Origin: an uncultured Planctomycetia bacterium | GTDB taxonomy: Bacteria; Omnitrophota; Gorgyraeia; Tantalellales; Tantalellaceae | NCBI GenBank assembly: GCA_964409365.1 | Contig: CAYPCX010000012.1 | Span: 178 to 64,177 of the forward strand | DNA: 64,000 nt | Direction: 5' to 3' | Translations under genes and position numbers: made by a program | Part shown: positions 37,786 through 46,313 of the stretch, one piece after another | Layout of the letters: each line of letters opens with the position of its first letter | How positions within the stretch are numbered: the first letter of the stretch is position 1 | Notes under the pieces: model-generated | The model's database searches: none | What the model saw: the letters and a program-made list of their open reading frames with translations, nothing else | What the model was told of the DNA's origin: nothing

Positions 37786-38327
37786 TCTTCTTCCTCTACC
37801 TTTTCACCGACTTTTTTCCTGCCTATACGCCGCACCACGGCCAGTACGCCTATAACGGCCGTAAAAAGTATTGTCGCCTCCCCCAGCGTGTCATAAGCCC
37901 TGAAATCCAGTATCACCGACCCGACCAGGTTGGTCGCGCCCGTCCTTGAAAGCCCTTCCTGTATATATGTCTTAGAGACCCTCATTATGGGATACCCGAA
38001 TTCCGGGAGGTCCTTGAAACACCTCAGCGCTACAAGGAAAAAGATAGCGATAAAACATATGGTGATCACCGTATTTAACAGCCACCTGCCCGTCGTCGAA
38101 AAAGGCAGGTCCTTTTTCAGGGTGGCCCTTATCAGGATTATGAGCGCCAATATCTCGACCACCAGCTGCGTAATGGCCACGTCAGGCGCCTTGAGCTGCA
38201 AAAATACTATCGAGAGCGCGAGGCCCACCGCTCCTACCGCTATGACGGAAGAAAGCAGGTCCTTCAGCTCAACCGCTATTATCGCGCCTATGATCATCAG
38301 GACCATCAGTATTAAAAGTTCTACCAT
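37782..38327 (-). CDS. MbhD/MrpA C-terminal-like membrane subunit (DUF4040-like)
   Basis: 181 aa, 4 TM; position and size match MbhD/E-type subunits. Confidence 0.45.
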   Translation of the reverse strand: MVELLILMVLMIIGAIIAVELKDLLSSVIAVGAVGLALSIVFLQLKAPDVAITQLVVEILALIILIRATLKKDLPFSTTGRWLLNTVITICFIAIFFLVALRCFKDLPEFGYPIMRVSKTYIQEGLSRTGATNLVGSVILDFRAYDTLGEATILFTAVIGVLAVVRRIGRKKVGEKVEEEE

Positions 38328-38330
38328 AAG

Positions 38331-39986
38331 TTATCGCCTCAATAAATAAAAGAAAAGCACGCCCATCCCGAGCAGGCACCACGCCAGGTACGTAAGAAGA
38401 ACCCCGTTGTGGATAAAACGCAGCACCCTGTTGAACCCGAGCGTGAATTTCACGCCTACTTCGTACACGTCAAAGAATTTCTTCTCCGCCCACCTGTATA
38501 TGATCCTCAATATGCCAATATCCTTTATCGTCTCGTAGAATTCGACGCCGGAGACCCGCATATCCGGGTATTGCTTTACGGTCTCGCCGCCTATAAAGAT
38601 ATCCGTGGTCCTGGTCCTGACCGCCGTCCCCGCAAGATATATGAGAAAACCTATTATGATACCTATAACGATCAGGGCCGTGGCAAGACCCGAATCCCAT
38701 ATGCCCGTAAATCCGGGGATCCCGCCCATGGACGGGAATATCAGCATCTTGAGCGGTATGGCCACGGCGAACACGCCGAAAACCACGCAAAGGGCGGCCA
38801 GGATAACGGACGGTATCCACATGGTCGCGCCCGTCTCTTTTCTCTCGCCCACCAGGTCCTTCATTTCCGCGGAAGGCTGGCCGAGGAATATAGCGTGAAG
38901 AAGCTTCATGAAGCTGGCCAGGGTAAGAGCGCTGCCGAACATGGCGGCGACAAGCCACAATATCCACAGCTTACTGCCGCCGGCGGTATTTATTATGCCC
39001 TGGTATATCATCCATTTCGACGCGAACCCGTTAAAGGGCGGCACGCCGGATATGGCCAGCGAGGCTATAAGAAAGGCCCCGAACGTGACCGGCATCACTT
39101 TGGCTAACCCGCCCAGCTTGCTGAGATCGGTCGTGCCTGTCCTCTTTTCCACCGCCCCGCCCGAGAGGAACAGGCCCGACTTGTATATGGCATTATTCAG
39201 CATATGAAAAAGACCGCCCGCTATGCCTACCGGGTTACCCGTTCCGATGCCGAGTATCATGTACCCCACCTGGCTGACGGCATGGTAACCAAGAAGCCGT
39301 TTGAGATCATGCTGGACAAGCGCCATCATGACCGCGGCCACTATGGTGAAACTCCCGAGGGCCATCAGGAAAATATTCATTCCCTTCGTCATCACGAAAA
39401 TATCCAGCGTCAGACGCACGAGAAAATAAATGCCAAGCAGCTTATCAAGTGCTGCCGGCAGATACGCGGCTACCGGGATCGGCGCGTCTTCGGCGGTGTC
39501 GGGTACCCACGTGTGGAAGGGCATGGCCCCCGCCTTCGCGAAGGCGCCTGAAGCCAGGCACAGGTAAGCCACAATGGCCGTCTTCGAGGTCAGGGCCACG
39601 CTCAGATCGTTCATCTGGAGAGTCCCGGCAAGGTGCCAGAGAAAACCAAGACCCAGGATCATGAACGCGTCGGTCCCGCCTATTATGATGAACGTCTTCT
39701 TTGCCGTGTACGCGGTGCTCTTTTTCTCGCCGAACCCTATCAAGAGATAAAGAAGCAGCCCGAGAAAACCCCAGAATACGATGAAGAGCACCAGGTTATC
39801 GGAAAAGACCGCCCCTATGGAAGCAGCCATCGTCAGGAGGATATAGATGTAATAGCGCAAGAGGCCCTTCTTCCCCTTCATAAAACCGAAGGAGTAAAAG
39901 ATGATCAGCGCGGAGAATACCATCACGAATATCGCGACGAACATCGACAGGTGGTCTACCCTGAAAAGCTGCGTATCGAACATCAT
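38331..39986 (-). CDS. NuoL/MrpA-like antiporter subunit (MbhH/HyfB-like)
   Basis: 551 aa, ~16 TM. Confidence 0.8.
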   Translation of the reverse strand: MMFDTQLFRVDHLSMFVAIFVMVFSALIIFYSFGFMKGKKGLLRYYIYILLTMAASIGAVFSDNLVLFIVFWGFLGLLLYLLIGFGEKKSTAYTAKKTFIIIGGTDAFMILGLGFLWHLAGTLQMNDLSVALTSKTAIVAYLCLASGAFAKAGAMPFHTWVPDTAEDAPIPVAAYLPAALDKLLGIYFLVRLTLDIFVMTKGMNIFLMALGSFTIVAAVMMALVQHDLKRLLGYHAVSQVGYMILGIGTGNPVGIAGGLFHMLNNAIYKSGLFLSGGAVEKRTGTTDLSKLGGLAKVMPVTFGAFLIASLAISGVPPFNGFASKWMIYQGIINTAGGSKLWILWLVAAMFGSALTLASFMKLLHAIFLGQPSAEMKDLVGERKETGATMWIPSVILAALCVVFGVFAVAIPLKMLIFPSMGGIPGFTGIWDSGLATALIVIGIIIGFLIYLAGTAVRTRTTDIFIGGETVKQYPDMRVSGVEFYETIKDIGILRIIYRWAEKKFFDVYEVGVKFTLGFNRVLRFIHNGVLLTYLAWCLLGMGVLFFYLLRR

Positions 39987-41158
39987 ATCTTCTTCCTGAT
40001 ATCCTCTGTCTTTTTCTGGGAGAGCTTTACGAGATCCTCTCCACCGTAAAGTTTTTTGCCCTTCGAGTCACGGACGGCCACCCTCTCGGTGCAACAATAG
40101 CACGGGTCTATGGCTGCCAGGATTATGGTCGCGTCCGATATCGTCTCACCGACCACGGTCGCTTTATAGGTCGGGAGGTTCATGAAGGTCGGGGCCCTTA
40201 CCTTATGCCTCGCGGGGCTGTTGGTGCCGTCGCTCTTCACATAATGGAACGTTTCACCTCTGGGCGCTTCGATATGCCCTATGCCTTCTCCCGGAGGCAC
40301 GTTCTTGAGATTAAGGTCTATATCCCCCGCCGGGAGGTTCTCAAGGCAATATTTCATTATCTTGTGCGATTCCAGCATCTCAAGCACCCTCACGATGACC
40401 TTGTCATAGACGTCACCGTTCTCGGCCACTATCATGTCCCATTCTACCCGGTCATAGACCCCATAAGGAGAATCCTTCCTGACGTCCCTGGCAACGCCTG
40501 AGGCACGCGACGTCGGCCCGAGTGCGCAATAATCGATAGCTTCTTCCTTAGTAAGTATACCCACGCCCTTGGTCCTGGCATGCAGCACAGGATCGTCCGT
40601 TACCGCCTTTCTGAGCATATCCAGCGTCGGGACTATGGAATCGATCTTCTTCACACACACCGGTATATCCTCTTCCTTGAAGTCCCTTCTTACTCCGCCC
40701 GGCTTGAACATCGCATAGTTGTTCCTGTTACCGGAAAGTATCTCCATGACATCCAGGATCTCTTCGCGGAGCTTCCATGCCCACATGTAGACGGTGTTAT
40801 ATCCAAGGAAATGTCCCGCCAGGCCCAGCCACAAAAGGTGCGAGTGGATCCTTTCCCCCTCGGCTATAACTGTTCTGATGAACTTCGCCCGATCCGGCAC
40901 TTCAACGGGGAATATATCCTCGACCGCCCTCGTGTACGCGAAAGGATGGCTCGTCGAACATATGCCGCAGATCCTTTCTATAACGAACGTTGACTGGTCA
41001 AAGCTTTTCATCTCGGAAAGCTTCTCTATACCCCTGTGGTTATATCCCACCTGCATGTCTATATCGACGACCTTCTCACCTTCCACCGTGAGGGTGAAAA
41101 ACTCCGGCTCTTCCTGGAGCGGATGGTACGGTCCTATTGGTACTATTGTCTTAGCCAT
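39983..41158 (-). CDS. group-4 (energy-converting) [NiFe] hydrogenase large subunit, NuoD-like
   Basis: 391 aa; N-terminal RICGICSTSH (L1), C-terminal DPCYCCTER (L2), then 31-aa C-terminal extension for protease cleavage. Confidence 0.9.
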   Translation of the reverse strand: MAKTIVPIGPYHPLQEEPEFFTLTVEGEKVVDIDMQVGYNHRGIEKLSEMKSFDQSTFVIERICGICSTSHPFAYTRAVEDIFPVEVPDRAKFIRTVIAEGERIHSHLLWLGLAGHFLGYNTVYMWAWKLREEILDVMEILSGNRNNYAMFKPGGVRRDFKEEDIPVCVKKIDSIVPTLDMLRKAVTDDPVLHARTKGVGILTKEEAIDYCALGPTSRASGVARDVRKDSPYGVYDRVEWDMIVAENGDVYDKVIVRVLEMLESHKIMKYCLENLPAGDIDLNLKNVPPGEGIGHIEAPRGETFHYVKSDGTNSPARHKVRAPTFMNLPTYKATVVGETISDATIILAAIDPCYCCTERVAVRDSKGKKLYGGEDLVKLSQKKTEDIRKKI

Positions 41159-41163
41159 GTCAG

Positions 41164-41191
41164 TTCTTAGTTCTTAGTTATTAGTTCAGAG
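41164..41191. repeat. heptanucleotide tandem repeat TTCTTAG x4 between nuoC-like and large-subunit genes
   Basis: ttcttag ttcttag ttattag ttcagag. Confidence 0.85.
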
Positions 41192-41206
41192 TCAAATATT
41201 TCAAAA

Positions 41207-41677
41207 TCATATTCCGCGATCTCTTATCGCTTTCTTGTCCCACTCTTCGTAATCACACCTCAAAGGATACACCCCTTCCGGCCATTCATCCGAAAGCAGC
41301 AGCCTCCTCTTATCCGGGTGACCTTTGAAATCGATACCTAAAAGCTCACTCATCTCCCTTTCTATCCAGTTCGCCCCTTCAAAAACGGGGGCGAGAGAAT
41401 CTATTTCAAGTTTATCGACAGGCAATTTCACCCTGAACGAGATGAGAAGGTTTATATCTTCTACCGTAAAATGGTAAAGTATCTCGAAATGATGCCTGCA
41501 ATCCACGCCGGAAGCGATGTTGAACCTCGCCTTGATCTGGCGAAGAGCATACGTCGCTATCTTGACCAGCGCTTCCTTCCTGATCTCGATGTACACTCTC
41601 GAGGGCGACTTGTCGAAGACATCGACTATGTCGTCCTTGAATCTTCCCGTAATATCTTTAAGTATCTCTTCTCTCAT
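41207..41677 (-). CDS. NuoC-like 30 kDa subunit of group-4 hydrogenase
   Basis: 156 aa from ATG 41677 (MREEILKD), overlapping small-subunit stop (ATGA); ORF-track N-terminal extension is GC-rich out-of-frame sequence. Confidence 0.75.
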   Translation of the reverse strand: MREEILKDITGRFKDDIVDVFDKSPSRVYIEIRKEALVKIATYALRQIKARFNIASGVDCRHHFEILYHFTVEDINLLISFRVKLPVDKLEIDSLAPVFEGANWIEREMSELLGIDFKGHPDKRRLLLSDEWPEGVYPLRCDYEEWDKKAIRDRGI

Positions 41678-42111
41678 TTTTTCTCGGCTGCCTGCGCCTT
41701 CACCTTCTCTATCAGCTTCACGACACCGGCTATTATCGCCTCGGGTTTCGGGGGACATCCCGGGATATACACATCGACCGGTATGATCTTGTCCAGCGGC
41801 TGTGGACAGTTGTAACTGTGCACGAACATGCCCCGGGACATCGAACATTCCCCGATAGCCACTACAAGACAGGGCTTAGGCGCCTGTTCATAAAGCCTCT
41901 TGAGCCTCTCGGCCGATTTCCTGTTGCAGGAACCCGTAATGAGAAGCACATCGGCATGTTTTATGCTCGGCGCCAGAAGCATCCCGAACCTTTCGATGTC
42001 GAACCTGGGCGTGAGACAGTCCAGCACCTCGATATCACAGTTGTTGCAACTGCCCGTGGACAGGTGGAACACCCACGGTGACCTCAAAAGCGCATTAAGT
42101 TTAAAGCTCAT
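41674..42111 (-). CDS. NuoB-like [NiFe] hydrogenase small subunit (proximal 4Fe-4S)
   Basis: 145 aa; CxxC...GxC...GCPP cysteines (GSCNNCD, IGECS, PGCPP). Confidence 0.85.
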   Translation of the reverse strand: MSFKLNALLRSPWVFHLSTGSCNNCDIEVLDCLTPRFDIERFGMLLAPSIKHADVLLITGSCNRKSAERLKRLYEQAPKPCLVVAIGECSMSRGMFVHSYNCPQPLDKIIPVDVYIPGCPPKPEAIIAGVVKLIEKVKAQAAEKK

Positions 42112-42123
42112 ATCCTCAATTCC

Positions 42124-43047
42124 CTATTTTCCAAAATAAGCCAAGACTACCGCCCCGACAGCCAGGACCGTCATCGGTCCCCAGAAGAATTTTACGGCCT
42201 GGTCTATCCTGAGACGCGGGTTAGTATTGCGTATTACCGTTATCAACGCCACAAGCAGCACATATTTAAGGATGCCGTACAAGAGATGTATACCGTCAAA
42301 CCGCAAGCCTCCCATGTAAAGTATCATCAGGAAAAAAGGCAGCGTGAAAAGGAGCATGTTCTTGGTCAGTCGGAACATGGCGAGGGCCGTTCCCGAATAT
42401 TCTATCAGCGCGCCGCCCGAGATCTCGGTCTCCGCCTCCGGTATATCGAACGGCACCAACGCGAGTTTCGCCTGGACGCTCATGAGCGCCACGACCAGGG
42501 CTATGAACCCCGACAGGCTCCCTACCACTACTCCATTCTGCGCCTGCGCGCCGAGTATCTCGCCTATCCTTATGGAATACCCCGACTTGATCACTGGCAC
42601 CATCACCGCGAACACGAAAGGCAGTTCGTACGCTAATATCAGTTTCATCTCGCGCGAGGCGCCGATACTCGCCAGGGGGTTGGCCGAAGCGAAACCGCCC
42701 ATTATTATGCTCATAGAAGGTATCGTCAAAAGATAGATGGCCACTATTATATCGCCCACAAACCCCTGGCCTAACCTGATATCGTTGATCCAGAGCAGGG
42801 TCGAGACCAGGACCACACTGCTAAAGCCCACTACCGGCGCCATTAAAAAGGTCGTCCTGGAAGCCCCCGCGGGCACAAGCGTTTCCTTTCCGAGAAGTTT
42901 TATTATATCGATCAACGGCTGAAGGAGCGGAGGTCCCACCCTGTACTGCACGCGGGCCGTGACCTTCCGGTCTATCCAGCTCGCCAGAAGTCCTATGACC
43001 GCGGTCAGGAAAAACCCGAAAAATATAAGGTAAAAAATATATATCAT
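42124..43047 (-). CDS. NuoH-like membrane subunit (MbhM/EchB/HycD-like)
   Basis: ~307 aa from ATG 43047 (MIYIFYL); 8 TM; ORF-track extension MGYGPWTVDEK is translation of heptamer repeats. Confidence 0.8.
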   Translation of the reverse strand: MIYIFYLIFFGFFLTAVIGLLASWIDRKVTARVQYRVGPPLLQPLIDIIKLLGKETLVPAGASRTTFLMAPVVGFSSVVLVSTLLWINDIRLGQGFVGDIIVAIYLLTIPSMSIIMGGFASANPLASIGASREMKLILAYELPFVFAVMVPVIKSGYSIRIGEILGAQAQNGVVVGSLSGFIALVVALMSVQAKLALVPFDIPEAETEISGGALIEYSGTALAMFRLTKNMLLFTLPFFLMILYMGGLRFDGIHLLYGILKYVLLVALITVIRNTNPRLRIDQAVKFFWGPMTVLAVGAVVLAYFGK

Positions 43048-43053
43048 CTTCTC

Positions 43054-43109
43054 GTCCACGGTCCACGGTCCATAGCCCACGGTTGACAGTGGACTATGGT
43101 CTGTGGACT
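43054..43109. repeat. heptamer-periodic tandem repeat (GTCCACG-like x8) upstream of nuoH-like start
   Basis: gtccacg gtccacg gtccata gcccacg gttgaca gtggact atggtct gtggact. Confidence 0.8.
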
Positions 43110-43135
43110 GAACTCCGTACCCGTTAATTTCATTC

Positions 43136-43705
43136 TCATGCCTTTTCCCACTCCCAGTGCGTGGAATGGACTATAATATTATTTCCTACTAAAAAGGTAT
43201 TCTCGCCTAGTTCTTCGTCAGCCCCCACCAGCTTAAGCGCGCCGTAAGGGCATGTCTTTATGCACAGAGGTTCGTCCTTCTCGGTCCTTCTGTCCAGGCA
43301 AAAATCGCAGTTATGCACAAGATATGGTACGGTCTCCGGATATATGGTGCCGTAAGGACACGCGTGCGAACATGACCTGCAGCTCACGCAGCGCATGTTA
43401 TGCCTTATGAGCATCTTGTCCTTTTTTTCGTCCTCCTGCTGCTCGAGGGCCTCGAACGGACAGGAAGCGACACAATGGGGTTCTTCGCACCTGCGGCAGA
43501 CAAGCGCATATGTCGCCAGTTCGACGACCGACATAATGCCGTTGTTGTTCGTCTGGCGGTGATAGAGATAGCTGCATTTAACAACGCAGTCCTCACACTC
43601 ACCGGAGGCGCAGGCATCGAGGTCGATAAAAAGGCGCTTATCTTTGCCCTTTTCCGGCTCTGTATTAAATCTTCCCTGATGTATCTGTTCGGCGCTCGAG
43701 TCCAT
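43136..43705 (-). CDS. polyferredoxin, ~4x[4Fe-4S] (HycB/HydN-like electron-transfer subunit)
   Basis: 189 aa; four CxxCxxC(xxx)CP-like groups. Confidence 0.7.
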   Translation of the reverse strand: MDSSAEQIHQGRFNTEPEKGKDKRLFIDLDACASGECEDCVVKCSYLYHRQTNNNGIMSVVELATYALVCRRCEEPHCVASCPFEALEQQEDEKKDKMLIRHNMRCVSCRSCSHACPYGTIYPETVPYLVHNCDFCLDRRTEKDEPLCIKTCPYGALKLVGADEELGENTFLVGNNIIVHSTHWEWEKA

Positions 43706-43706
43706 G

Positions 43707-44537
43707 TTAATCCCAGATCCCGTGGAAACCCTTTATCTTTGAATACTGAAAGACCGGGCCGTCTTTGCACGCGTAATAAGTGCCCAGCCGGCAGTGCCCG
43801 CATTTGCCTATACCGCAGGACATGTTCTTTTCCATAGAAAGATATATATTATCTTCCTGAAAACCCATATCGAGAAGTTTAAGTGTGGCGAACTTCATCA
43901 TGATCGGGGGGCCGCAAACCACGGCAATGGCTTCTTTACAGTCTACTCTTATATCGTCAAATATCGTCGTCACGACACCGACATTGCCCTTCCATTTATC
44001 GTCACCGTGATCGACCGTAAGACGCAAGTCAAGGTCGTCCCGCTTTGCCCATTCATCGGTCTCGCTCCTGTAGACCATTTCTTTGGGCGTCTTACACCCG
44101 CCCCTGAAATAGAGTTTCTTGAACTTCCCGCTCCTGTTGAAGAACTCGTACATAAGGCTGCGAAGGGGGGCGAAACCGCATCCGCCGCCTATTACCACCA
44201 CTTCCCTGCCCTCGAACTCATCTATTGGGTATGCCGTGCCCAACGGGCCTCTTACACCTATAACATCACCCTTTTTAAGGTCGTGCACTTTATCCGTGAC
44301 CTTGCCCACCTTCATGATGGTCACTTCCATTATGTCCTTCTGGGCGGGATTCGACGACGGCGTAAAGGGCGCCTCACCCACCCCGGGCACCGTTATCTCC
44401 ACGAACTGCCCGGAAAGGAATTCGATAGGCTCCTCGGGTTTGAAGCGGATCGTCTTTATGGTAGGGGTCTCCGGGATGACCTCTATGACTTCCGCTTTGA
44501 CCGGCCTGTATGGATTGGTTATCTTTTTCTCAGCCAC
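43707..44537 (-). CDS. FAD/NAD(P)H-binding 2Fe-2S oxidoreductase subunit (HydG/AsrB/PyrK-like)
   Basis: 276 aa; ferredoxin-NADP reductase-like fold and C-terminal CGIGKCGHC cluster. Confidence 0.75.
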   Translation of the reverse strand: MAEKKITNPYRPVKAEVIEVIPETPTIKTIRFKPEEPIEFLSGQFVEITVPGVGEAPFTPSSNPAQKDIMEVTIMKVGKVTDKVHDLKKGDVIGVRGPLGTAYPIDEFEGREVVVIGGGCGFAPLRSLMYEFFNRSGKFKKLYFRGGCKTPKEMVYRSETDEWAKRDDLDLRLTVDHGDDKWKGNVGVVTTIFDDIRVDCKEAIAVVCGPPIMMKFATLKLLDMGFQEDNIYLSMEKNMSCGIGKCGHCRLGTYYACKDGPVFQYSKIKGFHGIWD

Positions 44538-45564
44538 TTTCCACCAGCTTTTTCAGGACTTCCCTTATGTCTATCTTGGCGGGACACGCCGAGACGCACC
44601 TGCCGCACCCCGTGCACGCGTACACATCCGCTACTTTCGGGAAAAAGTCGAACTTTTTCTCGAACCTGTTCCTGAGGCGCATCCAGAGGTGCGGCCGCGG
44701 GTTCGCCCCGCCGGCCACCCTGGCGTAATCCTTGATCATGCAGGAATCCCACACGCGAAGGCGCGCCATTTTCTCTTCGCTCTTCTGGTCATAAAGGAGG
44801 AAGCAATGACAGGTCGGGCAGATTATCGTGCACGCCCCGCACTCCACGCACGTCTTCGCTTCTTCCTCCCATATCTCGGACTCGAAATTCCTCTCTATTA
44901 TGCCTTTATATTTTTTCTGGTCGGGTATGCCGTTCTCCTTGATATTGCGCTTGACCTCATCAACGACCTTCTTCCTGGCTTTTTCCTGTCGCGAAACCAG
45001 GCGTTCGTTGGCTTCCTGGAACAGCGAAGTGTTGCTCTCCAGTATCTCCTCACCCTTGTCGGAACCGGCTTCCACCAGGAAACCGTGGTCCACCTCGGTA
45101 AGGTTGATGTCGAAGTCCTTTTCCGGATAGGGCTTTATCCCCACGGCCATGCAGAAACATGTCTCTATCGCACAGGTGCAGTCGGAAGATATGATAAGGT
45201 TCTCGTCGCGGTTCTTGATGTAGATGGGGTCTTTATAGTCGTGGTCAAGGAACACATGGTCCTGGATCTTGAACCCCTTCAGGTCGCATGCTTTCACGCC
45301 GACTATGGCGAAGGGCTTGTCCTCGGAATGCGGTATCTTGGGGCTGAAGTCCTCCGCCACTACTTCGCGGGCCCTCGTGAAGAAAGCTTTAAGCGGTTCG
45401 AACGGCCTTACCTCTCCTATTGTAACGTCATCCGTGAATTTTTCGTATCTGGCGTAAAAACGCTGTTCACCCTTTTTCACGGGCACGAAAACGTTATAGC
45501 CCTTCCTGAGCGAATTCAGGAATTTCACGAAATTTTCATGGGTGATGTATCTCATCTTCTTCAT
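44530..45564 (-). CDS. 4Fe-4S dicluster subunit (HydB/AsrA-like)
   Basis: 344 aa; CVECGACTIICPTC and CTGCGRCVSACP ferredoxin motifs plus extra Cys cluster (SSDCTCAIETCFC). Confidence 0.7.
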   Translation of the reverse strand: MKKMRYITHENFVKFLNSLRKGYNVFVPVKKGEQRFYARYEKFTDDVTIGEVRPFEPLKAFFTRAREVVAEDFSPKIPHSEDKPFAIVGVKACDLKGFKIQDHVFLDHDYKDPIYIKNRDENLIISSDCTCAIETCFCMAVGIKPYPEKDFDINLTEVDHGFLVEAGSDKGEEILESNTSLFQEANERLVSRQEKARKKVVDEVKRNIKENGIPDQKKYKGIIERNFESEIWEEEAKTCVECGACTIICPTCHCFLLYDQKSEEKMARLRVWDSCMIKDYARVAGGANPRPHLWMRLRNRFEKKFDFFPKVADVYACTGCGRCVSACPAKIDIREVLKKLVESG

Positions 45565-46190
45565 TTTTTCGCGACCATGAAATAGGTCAGGGTCTCCAGC
45601 TCGCGCGAAAGATCGACGTTCTTTACTTTCACGTCCTCCGGGACGTTCAGGCTTACCGGCGCGAAATTAAGTACGCATTTGACACCGGCTTCCACCAGCT
45701 TGTCAGCCACTTCCTGCGCGTTCCCGGCCGGAACAGCCACTATCCCGATGCTTATCTTTTTTTCCGCTATCGTCTTTTTAAGCTCGGTGATCGGCCGGAC
45801 CTCTATATCCCCGAGTTTCGTACCGATCTTGTCGACGTGGGCGTCGAACGCGGCGACCACTTCAAGCCCGTGCCTTTTAAAACCCGGGTAGTTCAAAAGC
45901 GCTGAACCCAGATGCCCGGCTCCCACTACGGCAACGCTCCAGGTCTTATCCTTACCGAGTATTTTTTCCAGGGCTTTTTTCAGTTCGGCGGTGTCATAAC
46001 CCGAACCGCTGACCCCGAACTGGCCGAAATACCCGAGGTCTTTTCTTACCTGCGCGTCGCTGAGGTTCGTCCTCTCACCCAGCTCGGCAGACGATATCGT
46101 CCTTATGTTCATCCCGGCGAGTTCCGTGACTTCTCTCAGATAGACGAAAAGCCGTGATATCGTACCTTCTGGCACCTTTTTACCGTTCAT
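45561..46190 (-). CDS. rex: redox-sensing transcriptional repressor Rex
   Basis: 209 aa; N-terminal wHTH (RLFVYLR...), Rossmann NADH-binding VAVVGAGHLG. Confidence 0.85.
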   Translation of the reverse strand: MNGKKVPEGTISRLFVYLREVTELAGMNIRTISSAELGERTNLSDAQVRKDLGYFGQFGVSGSGYDTAELKKALEKILGKDKTWSVAVVGAGHLGSALLNYPGFKRHGLEVVAAFDAHVDKIGTKLGDIEVRPITELKKTIAEKKISIGIVAVPAGNAQEVADKLVEAGVKCVLNFAPVSLNVPEDVKVKNVDLSRELETLTYFMVAKK

Positions 46191-46215
46191 GGGACCTCAA
46201 ACCGCATTCGGGACT

Positions 46216-46254
46216 TTGTGACAATATTCACAGACTTTGTTATTAAGTTCACAA
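46216..46254. promoter_or_regulatory. two tandem Rex operator-like palindromes (TTGTGAcaataTTCACAg and TTGTtAttaagTTCACAA) upstream of rex
   Basis: Both match TTGTGAA-N4-TTCACAA at 16/18 positions; 3 bp apart in the rex promoter region. Confidence 0.6.
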
Positions 46255-46313
46255 ATATAATATGTTTCCTTTATAAAGTCAAGGGGTTTTTTAAAGAAAG
46301 GGTAGGGAAAAAG

